This document shows, one piece after another, positions 49,107 through 59,513 of a stretch of 64,000 bases of DNA; the stretch's first letter is position 1; each line of letters opens with the position of its first letter. Made by a program: the position numbers and the translations under genes. The notes beneath the pieces are model-generated. The model searched no databases and was not told the DNA's origin. It saw nothing but the letters and a program-made list of their open reading frames with translations. Origin of the DNA: Dehalococcoidia bacterium (GTDB lineage: Bacteria; Chloroflexota; Dehalococcoidia; Lucifugimonadales; UBA3495); the NCBI GenBank assembly GCA_045562555.1, contig JBJKVO010000001.1, positions 328,148 to 392,147 on the forward strand, read 5' to 3'.

Positions 49107-51557
49107 TCAGGCAGCTTTGTTTTGAACACCTTTATCTGTCTTGCGTAACCCTAGTTCTCCTTTTGCAACAGATATTTGGATGTGGTCTCCGGTTTGGAAT
49201 TCTCCGTTGAGGATTTTCTGAGAAAACAGATTCTCTATTTGACGCTGTATTACTCTTTTTAATGGGCGCGCTCCAAATACTGGATCAAATCCTTGAGTTG
49301 CTAAATGAAGCTTTGCTGCAGGAGTTGTTTCAAAAGATATGTTTTGTTCAGTCAGTCGTTGTCGTAATTTGTTCAAAACCAGGTCCACCATTTTTAACAC
49401 TTCTTCTTGAGTCAACGGGTTGAATACTACTGTTTCGTCAATCCTATTCAGAAACTCCGGCCGGAACGTTTTGTTCAAGGCTTCATTGACTGATTGTTCC
49501 AGTCGAGCCTTTTCGTCTTGATCATCTGTATCTTTTCTGAACCCGAAAGGGACTCGTCTAAATTCTGAGGTGCCTAAATTGCTCGTCATTATGATTACCG
49601 TGTTAGTGAAGTCTACAGTCCTTCCGTGACCGTCAGTTAACCTGCCGTCATCAAGTATTTGCAGCAGTATGTTGAATACATCAGGATGAGCTTTTTCGAT
49701 TTCATCGAATAAAATCACCCGGTAAGGACGTCGTCTGACAGCTTCTACTAATTGACCGCTACTCTCTTCGTATCCTACGTATCCAGGAGGGGCTCCAATG
49801 AGTCTAGACACGGTGTGTTTCTCCATGTATTCAGACATATCTATTCGTACCATTGCTGATTCGTCATCGAAAAGGAATTCCGCTAGTGTTTTTGTCAATT
49901 CTGTTTTTCCAACTCCAGTTGGGCCAAGGAACATGAAGCTTCCTATGGGACGATTAGGGTCACTGATTCCAGACCTGGACCTTCTTATGGCATCAGATAT
50001 GGCTGTAACGGCATGGTTCTGTCCGATAATTCTATTGTGTAGGGTTTCCTCCATATCTAACAGTTTTCCAGATTCTGATTCCAGTAACCTGCCTACTGGA
50101 ATACCTGTCCAGGAGGATACTAGGGCTGCGATATCATTCTCGTTGACTACAAGTTCACTTTTGTTGTCACCTAATATAGAAGCTTTTTCGTTATCTAATT
50201 CGGCTTCTAATTTAAGGCGTTCCGTTTTAATCTCTGCTGCGGTTTCATATTCAGATAATTGCGCAGATGCTTCTTCTTGATCTTGTAACTCTGAAATTTT
50301 GCGTTCTAAATGTTGTAAGTTCGCCGGTAAACTTTCCATGTCTATTCTCAGTTTACTTGCGGCTTCATCTATGAAATCGACCGCTTTGTCGGGTAATTGT
50401 CTATCAACAACGTATCTATTACTCAGCCGAGCTGCTGCTTCTAAAGCAGCATCTTCTATTGTCACTTTATGGTGAGCTTCGTACCGCGGACGGAGAGCTC
50501 TCAATATTTCTACGGTCTCTTCCAAGTTAGGTTCTTCCAGATAAACTGATTGAAATCTACGTTCTAATGCGGCGTCTTTTTCAATGTGCTTACGGTATTC
50601 TTCTATGGTCGTAGCTCCGACACACTGGAGTTCTCCCCTGGCTAAAGCGGGCTTAAGTAAGTTACTGGCATCGATTCCCCCTTCAGATGCCCCGGCTCCG
50701 ACCATGGTGTGTATTTCATCTAGAAATAGGATGATTTCTCTGTGTGCTAATTTCACTTCATCCATTACTAGCTTTAATCGTTCCTCGAATTCTCCTCTGA
50801 ATTTCGATCCTGCGACGAGAGCGCCCATGTCTAACGCTAGAACTTTCTTGCCTTTTAATGAATCAGGCACATCATCTGCCACTATCCTAGCGGATAGTCC
50901 TTCTACAATAGCTGTTTTACCAACACCCGCTTCACCTATAATTACGGGATTGTTCTTTTTTCTTCTAGTCAATGTTTGCATGACTCTTCGAATTTCAGCG
51001 TCTCTGCCTATAACAGGATCTAGTTTGCCTTCTTTGGCTAATTTAGTTAAATCCACACTATACTTTTCTAATGATCCATATTTACTCTCAGCTTTTGGGT
51101 CATCTACTCGGTGATTTCCTCGGACCTGCATTAATGCAGAATATACTTTTTCTTGGTCTATACCGAATCGTTGGAGCAGTACTGAAGTGACACCTTGCGT
51201 CTCTCTCACTGCAGCTACAAAGATATGCTCTACACTTATAAATTCGTCGTTGAGACGGTCAGATTCTTCCTTAGCCATCTCCAACAAGTGCGCCACTCTG
51301 GGAGTAGTGTATATTTGGTTCCCGGTTCTATTTATTTTAGGGGCGCTTTCCAAAGATTGGCCGAGCTGGGTTTTCAATTCTGTAGTGTCTATTTCCAGAT
51401 TATTTAGAATATCTGACACTACACCATTTTTGAAATATAGGAGTGCCATTAATACATGTTCTACATCCCATTGAGTGTGGTTGTATTTACGCACTATCTC
51501 TTGTGAATTCTGCAAAACTTGCTGTGCTTGTTCTGTAAATTGTTCCGGTCTTAGCAT
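49107..51557 (-). CDS. clpB: ClpB disaggregase (AAA+ chaperone)
   Basis: Clp_N repeats, two Walker A motifs (GEAGVGKTA and GPTGVGKTE), coiled-coil middle domain. Confidence 0.92.
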   Translation of the reverse strand: MLRPEQFTEQAQQVLQNSQEIVRKYNHTQWDVEHVLMALLYFKNGVVSDILNNLEIDTTELKTQLGQSLESAPKINRTGNQIYTTPRVAHLLEMAKEESDRLNDEFISVEHIFVAAVRETQGVTSVLLQRFGIDQEKVYSALMQVRGNHRVDDPKAESKYGSLEKYSVDLTKLAKEGKLDPVIGRDAEIRRVMQTLTRRKKNNPVIIGEAGVGKTAIVEGLSARIVADDVPDSLKGKKVLALDMGALVAGSKFRGEFEERLKLVMDEVKLAHREIILFLDEIHTMVGAGASEGGIDASNLLKPALARGELQCVGATTIEEYRKHIEKDAALERRFQSVYLEEPNLEETVEILRALRPRYEAHHKVTIEDAALEAAARLSNRYVVDRQLPDKAVDFIDEAASKLRIDMESLPANLQHLERKISELQDQEEASAQLSEYETAAEIKTERLKLEAELDNEKASILGDNKSELVVNENDIAALVSSWTGIPVGRLLESESGKLLDMEETLHNRIIGQNHAVTAISDAIRRSRSGISDPNRPIGSFMFLGPTGVGKTELTKTLAEFLFDDESAMVRIDMSEYMEKHTVSRLIGAPPGYVGYEESSGQLVEAVRRRPYRVILFDEIEKAHPDVFNILLQILDDGRLTDGHGRTVDFTNTVIIMTSNLGTSEFRRVPFGFRKDTDDQDEKARLEQSVNEALNKTFRPEFLNRIDETVVFNPLTQEEVLKMVDLVLNKLRQRLTEQNISFETTPAAKLHLATQGFDPVFGARPLKRVIQRQIENLFSQKILNGEFQTGDHIQISVAKGELGLRKTDKGVQNKAA

Positions 51558-51559
51558 AT

Positions 51560-51916
51560 TTATACCCCCTGTTGGTTGTTCGCTGATGGTTTTCTTACTA
51601 CTCGATCTTGTAGCCTGGTAAGTGTTTCCTGAGTTGTATTGAGTTTGCTTTCGAGTTCATCTATCCGTTTTAATAATTTTAAAATTATTTCAGCTCCGGC
51701 TAAGTTGACACCAAGGTCTTCTGTTAACTCTTTGATTCTACGGAGCCGTTCAATGTCTGCAGGAGAATATAATCTTTGCTTTCCAACTGACCTACTGGGC
51801 CAGATTAATCCAACTCTTTCGTAGTATCGTAAAGTTTGAGCATGGACTCCTACCATCCTTGCCGCAATGCTTATTACGAAACAAGGTTCTTCTTTGAATT
51901 GTTCTTGGAATACCAT
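51560..51916 (-). CDS. hspR: MerR-family heat-shock repressor HspR
   Basis: ISIAARMVGVHAQTLRYYERVGL HTH. Positioned between the dnaJ-like gene and clpB. Confidence 0.8.
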   Translation of the reverse strand: MVFQEQFKEEPCFVISIAARMVGVHAQTLRYYERVGLIWPSRSVGKQRLYSPADIERLRRIKELTEDLGVNLAGAEIILKLLKRIDELESKLNTTQETLTRLQDRVVRKPSANNQQGV

Positions 51917-51917
51917 A

Positions 51918-52772
51918 CTAATCCGCCTTATTTCTGATTTGGTCTAATTGTTTGAAAAGTCCTAATTCTTCAGTAGTTAGGTCGTCCGGTATAACGACTT
52001 GCATCACCACAATTAAATCACCTGTCATATCATTCTTGTTCAGTGCAGGAATCCCTTTGCCTGCCAATCTAATAGTTGTGTTATTTTGGGTTTGTTGTTG
52101 AATTTCTAATTTGTGTGTTGTCCCATCTAGGTCTATTACTTCGAGGTCTCCTCCTAAAACAGCATCTAATAAAGGGATATCAATATCGACATATATGTCA
52201 TTTCCTTTTCTTGAATAGATGAGACTGTCTTGCATGGATATATTTAAATACAAGTCTTTTATCGTGTTAGTTTTGAGTTTGATATGGACACGAGATCCTT
52301 GTTTTACTCCAGGTGGGATAGATATCTGAAGACGTTTACCATCTATGTTTACTACTCGCTTCGCGCCATGGAACGCTTCTTCTAACGTGACCTCAACCTC
52401 TAATTCTTTCTCATGACTTATAGGTTGAGGATTGGTTTGTTGGGTCTGTCTTCCAAACATGGATGAGAAAAAGTCGGAATTCTGGAAATTTGATCCATTA
52501 AAGTTCATATTTCCGAAATTATTCCCACCAAAAAAGTCTCCGGTATTGAAATTTCCCCGTGAAGAACCGAACCTATCATATTGGCTACGTTTTTCCGGAT
52601 CAGAGAGGACGCTATGAGCTTCATTGATTTCCTTGAATTTTTCTTCTGCTTTTGTATCTCCAGGATTTACATCTGGATGATGTTTCCTGGCGAGTTTTCT
52701 GAATGCAGAGGTGATTTCTTTTTGAGAGGCACTTTTTTCGATGCCTAGTATGTCGTAATAATTATCACTCAT
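51918..52772 (-). CDS. cbpA: J-domain co-chaperone without a zinc-finger domain (CbpA-type DnaJ)
   Basis: I prefer ATG 52772 (MSDNYYDILGI...). HPD motif in RKHHPDVNP, a G/F-rich region, and no CxxCxGxG repeats. Confidence 0.8.
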   Translation of the reverse strand: MSDNYYDILGIEKSASQKEITSAFRKLARKHHPDVNPGDTKAEEKFKEINEAHSVLSDPEKRSQYDRFGSSRGNFNTGDFFGGNNFGNMNFNGSNFQNSDFFSSMFGRQTQQTNPQPISHEKELEVEVTLEEAFHGAKRVVNIDGKRLQISIPPGVKQGSRVHIKLKTNTIKDLYLNISMQDSLIYSRKGNDIYVDIDIPLLDAVLGGDLEVIDLDGTTHKLEIQQQTQNNTTIRLAGKGIPALNKNDMTGDLIVVMQVVIPDDLTTEELGLFKQLDQIRNKAD

Positions 52773-52804
52773 TGTTAAAACTCTTACTAGTTTCCTTGAA
52801 AACA

Positions 52805-52834
52805 ATATTAATAAACCTGATAGGTGATTGTCAA
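52805..52834 (-). promoter_or_regulatory. Candidate promoter of the cbpA-hspR-clpB operon
   Basis: TTGACA (52829-52834), an 18-nt spacer, then TAATAT (52805-52810) on the minus strand. Confidence 0.4.
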
Positions 52835-52944
52835 GTTTTATGTGCTTCATGTGTTAACCCAAGATGTCAACCGTCTAGTTTTCGCTCCGTATTGCTATTG
52901 AGAGGTGTTGAGTAAAGTGCTACAATTTTCGTCTGACAGAAAGA

Positions 52945-53019
52945 TCCGCAGTAGCTCAGTGGTAGAGCAATCGGCTGTTAACCGATCGGTCGTAGGTTCG
53001 AATCCTACCTGCGGAGCCA
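52945..53019 (+). tRNA. tRNA-Asn (anticodon GTT), CCA encoded
   Basis: Acceptor stem TCCGCAG/CTGCGGA, D arm GCTC-AGTGGTA-GAGC, anticodon arm ATCGG-CTGTTAA-CCGAT, T arm GTAGG-TTCGAAT-CCTAC, discriminator G, then CCA. Confidence 0.9.
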
Positions 53020-53034
53020 CAACTGTGCCAGTTA

Positions 53035-54402
53035 ATGAGGTTTATGGATATAAGAAGACTTGTGGTTTCGGCCATGTTACTGCCAGTACTAATGATCGCA
53101 TGTGCATCCCCTGCTATTAATGACCCTCAGGATGCTTTTTCAGAAACTAAAATTTCTCAAGAACCTAATCTGGGAACATCCAGTCAAAATGAGCTAGAGA
53201 GAGCACTCGAGGACCAAGTGGTCCAATTAGAACTGGAGAAACGTATTCTGGAATTAGAGGCGCAGCTAAGCCAAACCAAAGACTCTAATTCGCCGAATTT
53301 GATAGATCATTCTGCTATAACTGAAAGTCCTGAATTGCATTCCAAAACAGATATCATTGAGCCAACATTCGACGCGTACTATCAAGAACACCACGAGCCA
53401 TCTGGAGAACAACCAACAATTGATTCAGATACTCCAAGTTACTTCGCATCTACTAGTAATATTCTAAGTGAGGCTGCTAGACTTGAAGGAGGCAATCTAA
53501 TAAGCAAGGGATGGAATTCTCCTACCAAAATCGAGACGACATATATGCTTGCTTCGGATTTGAGCTCTGATTCCCTACAGGAAGTCAAAAGGGGCATTGA
53601 CGTAGTGGAAGACTATTTAGGGATTTATGGTCCTTACAAGGTTTATATTGTCGGTACCGATGAAAAAGAAGCTGAGATAATGGCGGAGGATTATTGTGAG
53701 TGGGCGTACGACAGGCAGGATTTCAGTCATTGTATGAACGATCAAGGAGTAGCGATCAAAGAGATAGCTCACTATAAAGGTGCTAACGCTTTTGCTCAAC
53801 ACTCACATCATCTCGAAAAACCGAATCAGTCTTTTGTGATTGGGAATCCTCTACAAATAGGTGTTGGCTTTGGATCTAAAGTAGCTGCTCATGAAACTGT
53901 GCATATATATCAAAATGCACATCACGTATATCGTTTTGATCCAGAAACCCATCAATCTCTAAATTATGATAGTTTGCCTAGATGGCTAGAAGAAGGTTCG
54001 GCAGAATTTCTTGCTTTGTATTTGTCAGACAAGGAAGGCTGGGTTTCTTTTCGTCAAATGATGGAAGAGGCTATGGGTGCTGTCCATGAGCTCCGAGGAG
54101 AATATCCTCAGTTATCTATTCGAGATTTGCATGATGAAGAATCGACTTATGCCACTGAAAAAGTTTGCGACTATTGTGTGGGTAGGCTCCAATATGAATT
54201 TGGGCAATGGGCCACAGCTTTGCTTGTAGCAAAGAGTTCGATAGATATTTTGTACAAAGATTTCATCCAAGAAATGCATTTAGTCGGGCGAGATAGTGCT
54301 TTCAAACAATATTTCGGGCTCACTATGGAAGAATTTTATTCAGAATTCGAATCGTTTTTGGAACAAGATATTGACGCTCAAATGAGGATACTGCCAAAAT
54401 AA
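53035..54402 (+). CDS. Lipoprotein with coiled coil, linker and HExxH...EG (peptidase-MA-like) domain, second copy of this architecture
   Basis: Lipobox LMIAC|A, LELEKRILELEAQLSQ, HETVH followed ~30 aa later by WLEEGSAEFLALY. Confidence 0.5.
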   Translation: MRFMDIRRLVVSAMLLPVLMIACASPAINDPQDAFSETKISQEPNLGTSSQNELERALEDQVVQLELEKRILELEAQLSQTKDSNSPNLIDHSAITESPELHSKTDIIEPTFDAYYQEHHEPSGEQPTIDSDTPSYFASTSNILSEAARLEGGNLISKGWNSPTKIETTYMLASDLSSDSLQEVKRGIDVVEDYLGIYGPYKVYIVGTDEKEAEIMAEDYCEWAYDRQDFSHCMNDQGVAIKEIAHYKGANAFAQHSHHLEKPNQSFVIGNPLQIGVGFGSKVAAHETVHIYQNAHHVYRFDPETHQSLNYDSLPRWLEEGSAEFLALYLSDKEGWVSFRQMMEEAMGAVHELRGEYPQLSIRDLHDEESTYATEKVCDYCVGRLQYEFGQWATALLVAKSSIDILYKDFIQEMHLVGRDSAFKQYFGLTMEEFYSEFESFLEQDIDAQMRILPK

Positions 54403-54417
54403 TCTTAATAGAGGTGT

Positions 54418-54792
54418 ATGTTGGATATATTGCTTTTATTGTGCGTTTCAATAATTTTATTGATAGCTCTAACGGTGTTAATTAAATCGCTGATCCAGGC
54501 TAAACGAAAAATTAAATTACTGGACCACAGTATAAGAAGCCAGTCAGTTATATCAGGACTTAACTTCGAACAATGGGTCCCGTTATCTGTTGATTATCCA
54601 TTTGATCCTAGGCAATTCAGATTTCTAGGCAATCCTATAGACGGGATACAGTTTGAAGAAGATAAAATCATATTGCTTGAGTTTAAATCCGGCAAATCTA
54701 AATTGAGTTCTAAGCAAAATCATATCAAACACTTAGTGGAAAGTGGAAAAGTTGAATTTCTAGAGGTCCGGCAAGCACCGGAGTTGACATAA
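54418..54792 (+). CDS. Membrane-anchored PD-(D/E)xK nuclease-fold protein (archaeal Holliday-junction-resolvase-like)
   Basis: One N-terminal TM segment, then GNPIDGIQF...IILLEFKSGKSKLSSKQ, a D...ExK arrangement. Confidence 0.45.
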   Translation: MLDILLLLCVSIILLIALTVLIKSLIQAKRKIKLLDHSIRSQSVISGLNFEQWVPLSVDYPFDPRQFRFLGNPIDGIQFEEDKIILLEFKSGKSKLSSKQNHIKHLVESGKVEFLEVRQAPELT

Positions 54793-55065
54793 TATAATAT
54801 ACTAAATTCGTTACATATGTGGAGTGAGTTAACGGATATAGTATAAATAATTAGTAATATGACCTATTAATGAGTTAAAAACTTCGATTAGCGTCAAATA
54901 TTCGAAAAGTTGTTTACGTGTTAATTTGACACTGGTTGTTCAAAACGGTATCCTTACCAAATGTCCAATACTGTACAAAAAACTAAAGAACCGCTTTACT
55001 ACGATTCTTAGCGCAAAACTCACCAATTAGATACGTCAGGCTGATTGACGAAAAGGAGGAGTTTA

Positions 55066-56295
55066 ATGCTACAAAATAACACTACTACAGAATCACCCTT
55101 AGCCCCAATAATATCCGTGAGGTCTTTATGGAAGATCTTTGGAAGCAATCAAGATGAAATTGTGAATGCAGATGAAGGAGACACTGATAAAAGTGAGGTC
55201 CTTCAAGAATCCGGCGACGTTATAGCACTGAATGATGTTTCATTTGATGTATTCCCTGGTGAAACCTTTGTAGTGATGGGTTTGTCAGGTAGTGGCAAAT
55301 CTACTTTGGTTAGATGCTTATTGAGACTTATTGAACCGTCTAGTGGTGAGATTAATATCAATGATGATGATATCTTGCTTTATGATGCGGCTAAACTTCG
55401 AGAGTTCAGGCGTAATGAAATGGCCATGGTGTTTCAGCATTTCGGATTACTCCCCCACCGAAACGTTATAGATAATGCGGCGTACGGGCTAGAACTCAAA
55501 GGCATTGATAAAGATGAAAGATATGAAATTGCGAAACACATGTTGGAAAAAGTTGGACTGGATGGCTGGGAAGAAGCTCGGACATCTGAGTTAAGCGGAG
55601 GCATGCAGCAGCGCGTTGGTCTTGCTAGGGCTTTGACAGTGGACCCTACAATCCTGCTTATGGACGAACCATTTAGCGGCTTAGATCCTTTAATTAGGCG
55701 TCAAATGAGGGAAGAATTAGCTGATTTACAAGCCGAATTGCAAAAGACGATTGTTTTTATCACTCATGATTTGGACGAAGCCGTTACGATTGGTGATCGA
55801 ATAGCGATTATGAGAGACGGTAGAATTACTCAATTGGGTACTCCTGAAGAGATCATTACTAACCCTGCAGATGATTTCATTAAAGAATTCACTAGAGATA
55901 TAAGTCAAACTAGGGTTTTGTCAGTTCAATCCATTGCCTCTGACCTAGAACAAGTATTTGAAACCACGGCTAGGGTATCAGAAATTATAGAAGGAATGGA
56001 AGATACAGGAAAAGAATTTGCTTTTATAGTAGATAATGATAATAAGCTTCTCGGGTTTATAGATAAAGAAGCTATTGAAGCGGCAGGAAACGATGCGCCA
56101 CTTAAAGACATGGATTTATCTGTGATCGAGCCAATTCATGAATCAACGGTGATTGAAGATGTAGTGCAATTGACTCTAGATAATCCATATCCGATACCGA
56201 TAGTTGATGATGAAAACATACTTACTGGATTAGCAACACATGACGCCATATTACAGGCATTTGCTGAAAATGCGTTGCAACAACAAAGTAATTAA
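55066..56295 (+). CDS. proV: Glycine betaine/proline ABC transporter ATP-binding protein with a C-terminal CBS pair
   Basis: I prefer ATG 55066, preceded by AAAGGAGGAG. GLSGSGKST, LSGGMQQRVGLARAL, LLMDEPFS. Confidence 0.85.
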   Translation: MLQNNTTTESPLAPIISVRSLWKIFGSNQDEIVNADEGDTDKSEVLQESGDVIALNDVSFDVFPGETFVVMGLSGSGKSTLVRCLLRLIEPSSGEININDDDILLYDAAKLREFRRNEMAMVFQHFGLLPHRNVIDNAAYGLELKGIDKDERYEIAKHMLEKVGLDGWEEARTSELSGGMQQRVGLARALTVDPTILLMDEPFSGLDPLIRRQMREELADLQAELQKTIVFITHDLDEAVTIGDRIAIMRDGRITQLGTPEEIITNPADDFIKEFTRDISQTRVLSVQSIASDLEQVFETTARVSEIIEGMEDTGKEFAFIVDNDNKLLGFIDKEAIEAAGNDAPLKDMDLSVIEPIHESTVIEDVVQLTLDNPYPIPIVDDENILTGLATHDAILQAFAENALQQQSN

Positions 56296-56315
56296 GATAG
56301 GCACGGTACTATATT

Positions 56316-57329
56316 ATGGCTACTGAAAATCCCAACGAAACTGATAATAATATTTCAAAGATATCTAAGATAAGGATTAACAAGTGGTTGGTGTATGCCG
56401 GGGTAGGTGGAATTGCCTTAATTATTAGCTTTATTCTTAGACAAGTTGATTTGGAAGTGTTTTTGAAATTCCCGTTAGATATTGAATTTCCTGTCAAGAG
56501 TCGTATGAACGATGGGTTGGATTGGTTAGTGATAAATGGTGCTTGGTTTTTTGATGGCATAAGTTATCAAATCAAAGTATGGCTCGGCAGATTAAAAGAT
56601 TTTCTTATTTGGCTCCCATGGCCTGTTTTTAGCGGATTAGTATTATTGCTGGCCTGGCGAATTGGAGGCAGGAAAATTGTCCTGTTGGCTATAACTGCGT
56701 TGTTATATATAGGTGTTATGCACCTGTGGGAAAGTGCGATGGTTACTGTAGCTATAATGATAGTGTCAGTTTCCATTTCTATAATGTTTGGGATACCAAT
56801 AGGTATATTGGGATCACGAAGCGATAGATTCGATAGGATATTGAGGCCCATATTAGATGGAATGCAAACAATGCCTAGCTTTGTGTACTTAGTACCAGGC
56901 ATTATGTTCTTTGGACTAGGAAATGTCTCAGCTGTGATAGCTACTGTGCTGTATTCAATTCCTCCTTGTATCAGGCTAACTAACCTTGGTATAAGGCAAG
57001 TTGATTCTCAAGTAATTGAAGCAGGAACTGCATTTGGTAGTAACCGTATGCAGCTACTTACGAAAGTCCAGATTCCCCTAGCTATCCCTACGATCATGGC
57101 AGGGATTAACCAAACGGTGATGATGGCTTTGGCTATGTCTACCATTGCTGCAATGGTTGGAGCCGGAGGATTAGGCCAGGATGTACTACTGTCGATGGGA
57201 CAATTAGACCAAGGAGGAGCATTTTTGGCAGGAATGGGCATTGTATTGATGGCTATTGTGATCGACCGTATAACTCAAGGGTATATCGAATCAAGCCAAT
57301 CATCGTCGGGCACAACTAATCGGGAATAG
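56316..57329 (+). CDS. proW: Glycine betaine/proline ABC transporter permease
   Basis: BPD_transp_1-type permease with an EAGTAFGSN...(EAA-like) loop. Follows proV. Confidence 0.85.
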   Translation: MATENPNETDNNISKISKIRINKWLVYAGVGGIALIISFILRQVDLEVFLKFPLDIEFPVKSRMNDGLDWLVINGAWFFDGISYQIKVWLGRLKDFLIWLPWPVFSGLVLLLAWRIGGRKIVLLAITALLYIGVMHLWESAMVTVAIMIVSVSISIMFGIPIGILGSRSDRFDRILRPILDGMQTMPSFVYLVPGIMFFGLGNVSAVIATVLYSIPPCIRLTNLGIRQVDSQVIEAGTAFGSNRMQLLTKVQIPLAIPTIMAGINQTVMMALAMSTIAAMVGAGGLGQDVLLSMGQLDQGGAFLAGMGIVLMAIVIDRITQGYIESSQSSSGTTNRE

Positions 57330-57361
57330 CACAGATTTAGTATTAGTGGGGATATACACTT

Positions 57362-58471
57362 ATGAAGATTACTGACGTAAAGGCTACCACAGTCAAAATA
57401 CCATTAGAGAAAGTATTCTCTGGAAGTGTGTATGATGTGGGATTTCGGTGCACTATTATAACTAGCATTGAAACTGATGAAGGAGTGATTAGCCAGAGCT
57501 ACTCGGGTGACGATCGATCTACCTTCGAATTCCAACATGAATTGGTAACAGGACCTCTTAGGGATGCTGTGTTGGGTGAAGATCCTATGCGGGTTGAATA
57601 CCTATGGGAGAAAATGTTTTCTTTGGCTCCTAATTATACGCATGACTTTGGTCCTAGACCCGTAATGAGGGCAATTGGGGCTATAGATGTGTCTTTGTGG
57701 GACTTGAAAGGCAGAATACTTAATACCTCTGTGAATAAAATGCTTGGAGGATACTCTAATAGTTCTCCTGTGGTTAGATTCCGATACTATGAACAAGGAG
57801 CTGATGAAGAAGAGATCGCTCAACTATTAGAAAGTAAAGCTCAAGGATTTGGTGGCGTTAAACTCAAAGTGGGAAGAGCATCGTTATCAGAAGATATAGG
57901 AAGAGTGAGGCGCATACGTGAAGCTTTGGGTGAAGATTTCCATATGATTTGTGATGCGAATGAAGGCTGGACATTAGAACAGGCTATACGGTTTGCTAAA
58001 GAAACTGAGCAGTATAATCTAGATTGGTTGGAAGAACCTGTACAGTGGCACAGCGCTATGGAGAACATGAGAAAAGTAAGAGAAGCAACCAGTACTAAAG
58101 TTGCTGCAGGTCAAGGAGAAAGTAATAAATTTGGGTGCTGGCGCTTAATTGAAAATGAATCAGTCGATGTCATAAATGTCGATGCTTCAATCGCTGGAGG
58201 CATTACTGAATGGCAAAAAATCAGGTCAGCTGCAGAGATTAAAGGAATTAAGATGGGGCATCATGAGGAGCCACATATATCATTGCATTTGATGTCAGCG
58301 ATACCTAATGGAACTTTCGTAGAGGTGTTTGAGGAACATAGGGATCCCGCTTATTACGAAATGAACAAAACTTTTCCTGTAATGAATTCAGGATATGTCA
58401 CTGTTCCGGATGCTCCAGGACTCGGATTAGAATTTGATCAGGATTTTATCAGTAAATACAAAATCCTCTGA
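57362..58471 (+). CDS. Enolase-superfamily enzyme (mandelate racemase / muconate lactonizing family)
   Basis: GGVKLKVGR, metal ligands in CDANEGW, LEEP and INVDAS. Confidence 0.8.
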   Translation: MKITDVKATTVKIPLEKVFSGSVYDVGFRCTIITSIETDEGVISQSYSGDDRSTFEFQHELVTGPLRDAVLGEDPMRVEYLWEKMFSLAPNYTHDFGPRPVMRAIGAIDVSLWDLKGRILNTSVNKMLGGYSNSSPVVRFRYYEQGADEEEIAQLLESKAQGFGGVKLKVGRASLSEDIGRVRRIREALGEDFHMICDANEGWTLEQAIRFAKETEQYNLDWLEEPVQWHSAMENMRKVREATSTKVAAGQGESNKFGCWRLIENESVDVINVDASIAGGITEWQKIRSAAEIKGIKMGHHEEPHISLHLMSAIPNGTFVEVFEEHRDPAYYEMNKTFPVMNSGYVTVPDAPGLGLEFDQDFISKYKIL

Positions 58472-58479
58472 CCAAGCTG

Positions 58480-59472
58480 TTATCCGCAATTAGCACAACA
58501 TTGATCTACCCAGTGACCAGGACTTACTTCTATGAGGCCCATTTCTATATTTCCATTCTTACAGTCATCTGTTGGTTCAGGACATCGGGTGCGGAACACA
58601 CAGTTTGATGGAGGATCAATAGGAGAAGGAACTTCGCCAACTAGTACAAGTTCATCTCTTTGAAGCCTGGGATGTGAAGGTAATGCTGCAGATATCAATG
58701 CTCTTGTATAAGGGTGCCTAGGATCTCCAAAAATCTCTTTAGGATTACCAAGTTCCACTATTTTCCCTAGATACATAACTGCCACTTGGTGGCTCATGTA
58801 TTTCACTGTTGCCAGATTGTGAGCGATCATAAGATAACTTAACTCATAAGTCTGTTGAAGTTCTTTTAACAGGTTTAGTACTTGAGCTCTAATAGATACA
58901 TCAAGGGCTGATACAGGTTCATCAAGAACCATTAATTTAGGTCTGGTAGAGAGAGCTCGCGCAATAGCTATTCTTTGTCGTTGCCCTCCGCTAAATTCAT
59001 GAGGGTATCTTTCTGCATGGAAAGGGTGCATTCCTACAACACCAAGCAGTTCATTTACACGTTCTTGAATCTCATTGTTTGTTGCTTTCTCGTGAGTTAC
59101 GATTGGCTCAGCGATTATATCTCTAACTCTCATTTTAGGGTTCAGAGAACTCCATGGATCTTGGAAAACGGCTTGGACGGAAGATTTGAATTCTTTCCTA
59201 GAAGCGGTAGTGAATTCAGCCATGTCTGACCCTTCATACTGAACCATACCATCAGTGGGTGGCTCAGACATTAGGATCATTTTAGTAGTGGTGGTTTTAC
59301 CGCAGCCGGATTCTCCTACCAAGCTAAAAGTTTCTCCTTTATTTATGTCGAAGGATATGCCGTCTATAGCTTTAACTGTTCCTACCAAAGTTTTCGTAAT
59401 AGCACCCTTTGTTACAGGGTAATGCTTTTTAAGGTTATTAACTTTAATTAAGCTGTTATCGGTTGATGCCAT
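58480..59472 (-). CDS. oppF: Oligo/dipeptide ABC transporter ATP-binding protein (OppF/DppF type) with a Cys-rich tail
   Basis: GESGCGKTT, FSGGQRQRIAIARAL, C-terminal HPYTRALI...CVFRTRCP...C...HWVDQCCANCG. Confidence 0.85.
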   Translation of the reverse strand: MASTDNSLIKVNNLKKHYPVTKGAITKTLVGTVKAIDGISFDINKGETFSLVGESGCGKTTTTKMILMSEPPTDGMVQYEGSDMAEFTTASRKEFKSSVQAVFQDPWSSLNPKMRVRDIIAEPIVTHEKATNNEIQERVNELLGVVGMHPFHAERYPHEFSGGQRQRIAIARALSTRPKLMVLDEPVSALDVSIRAQVLNLLKELQQTYELSYLMIAHNLATVKYMSHQVAVMYLGKIVELGNPKEIFGDPRHPYTRALISAALPSHPRLQRDELVLVGEVPSPIDPPSNCVFRTRCPEPTDDCKNGNIEMGLIEVSPGHWVDQCCANCG

Positions 59473-59513
59473 GTTTGTCCCTCCTTAGATTTATCGGGTA
59501 ACCAATTAGTATA

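Noticed and set aside
49798-51114. 160-aa and 176-aa ORFs antisense to clpB
   Set aside because: The opposite strand encodes an unmistakable ClpB with both AAA+ modules. The antisense products are S/L/P-rich with no motifs.
52905-53120. 71-aa ORF overlapping tRNA-Asn
   Set aside because: It reads straight through a canonical tRNA cloverleaf, so the tRNA explains the sequence.
54940-54960. ATCCTTACC downstream of the hypothetical gene pair as a possible att duplicate of the tRNA-Asn 3' end (ATCCTACC)
   Set aside because: The match is only 8-9 nt and needs an indel, there is no integrase, and it is easily explained by chance in AT-rich DNA.
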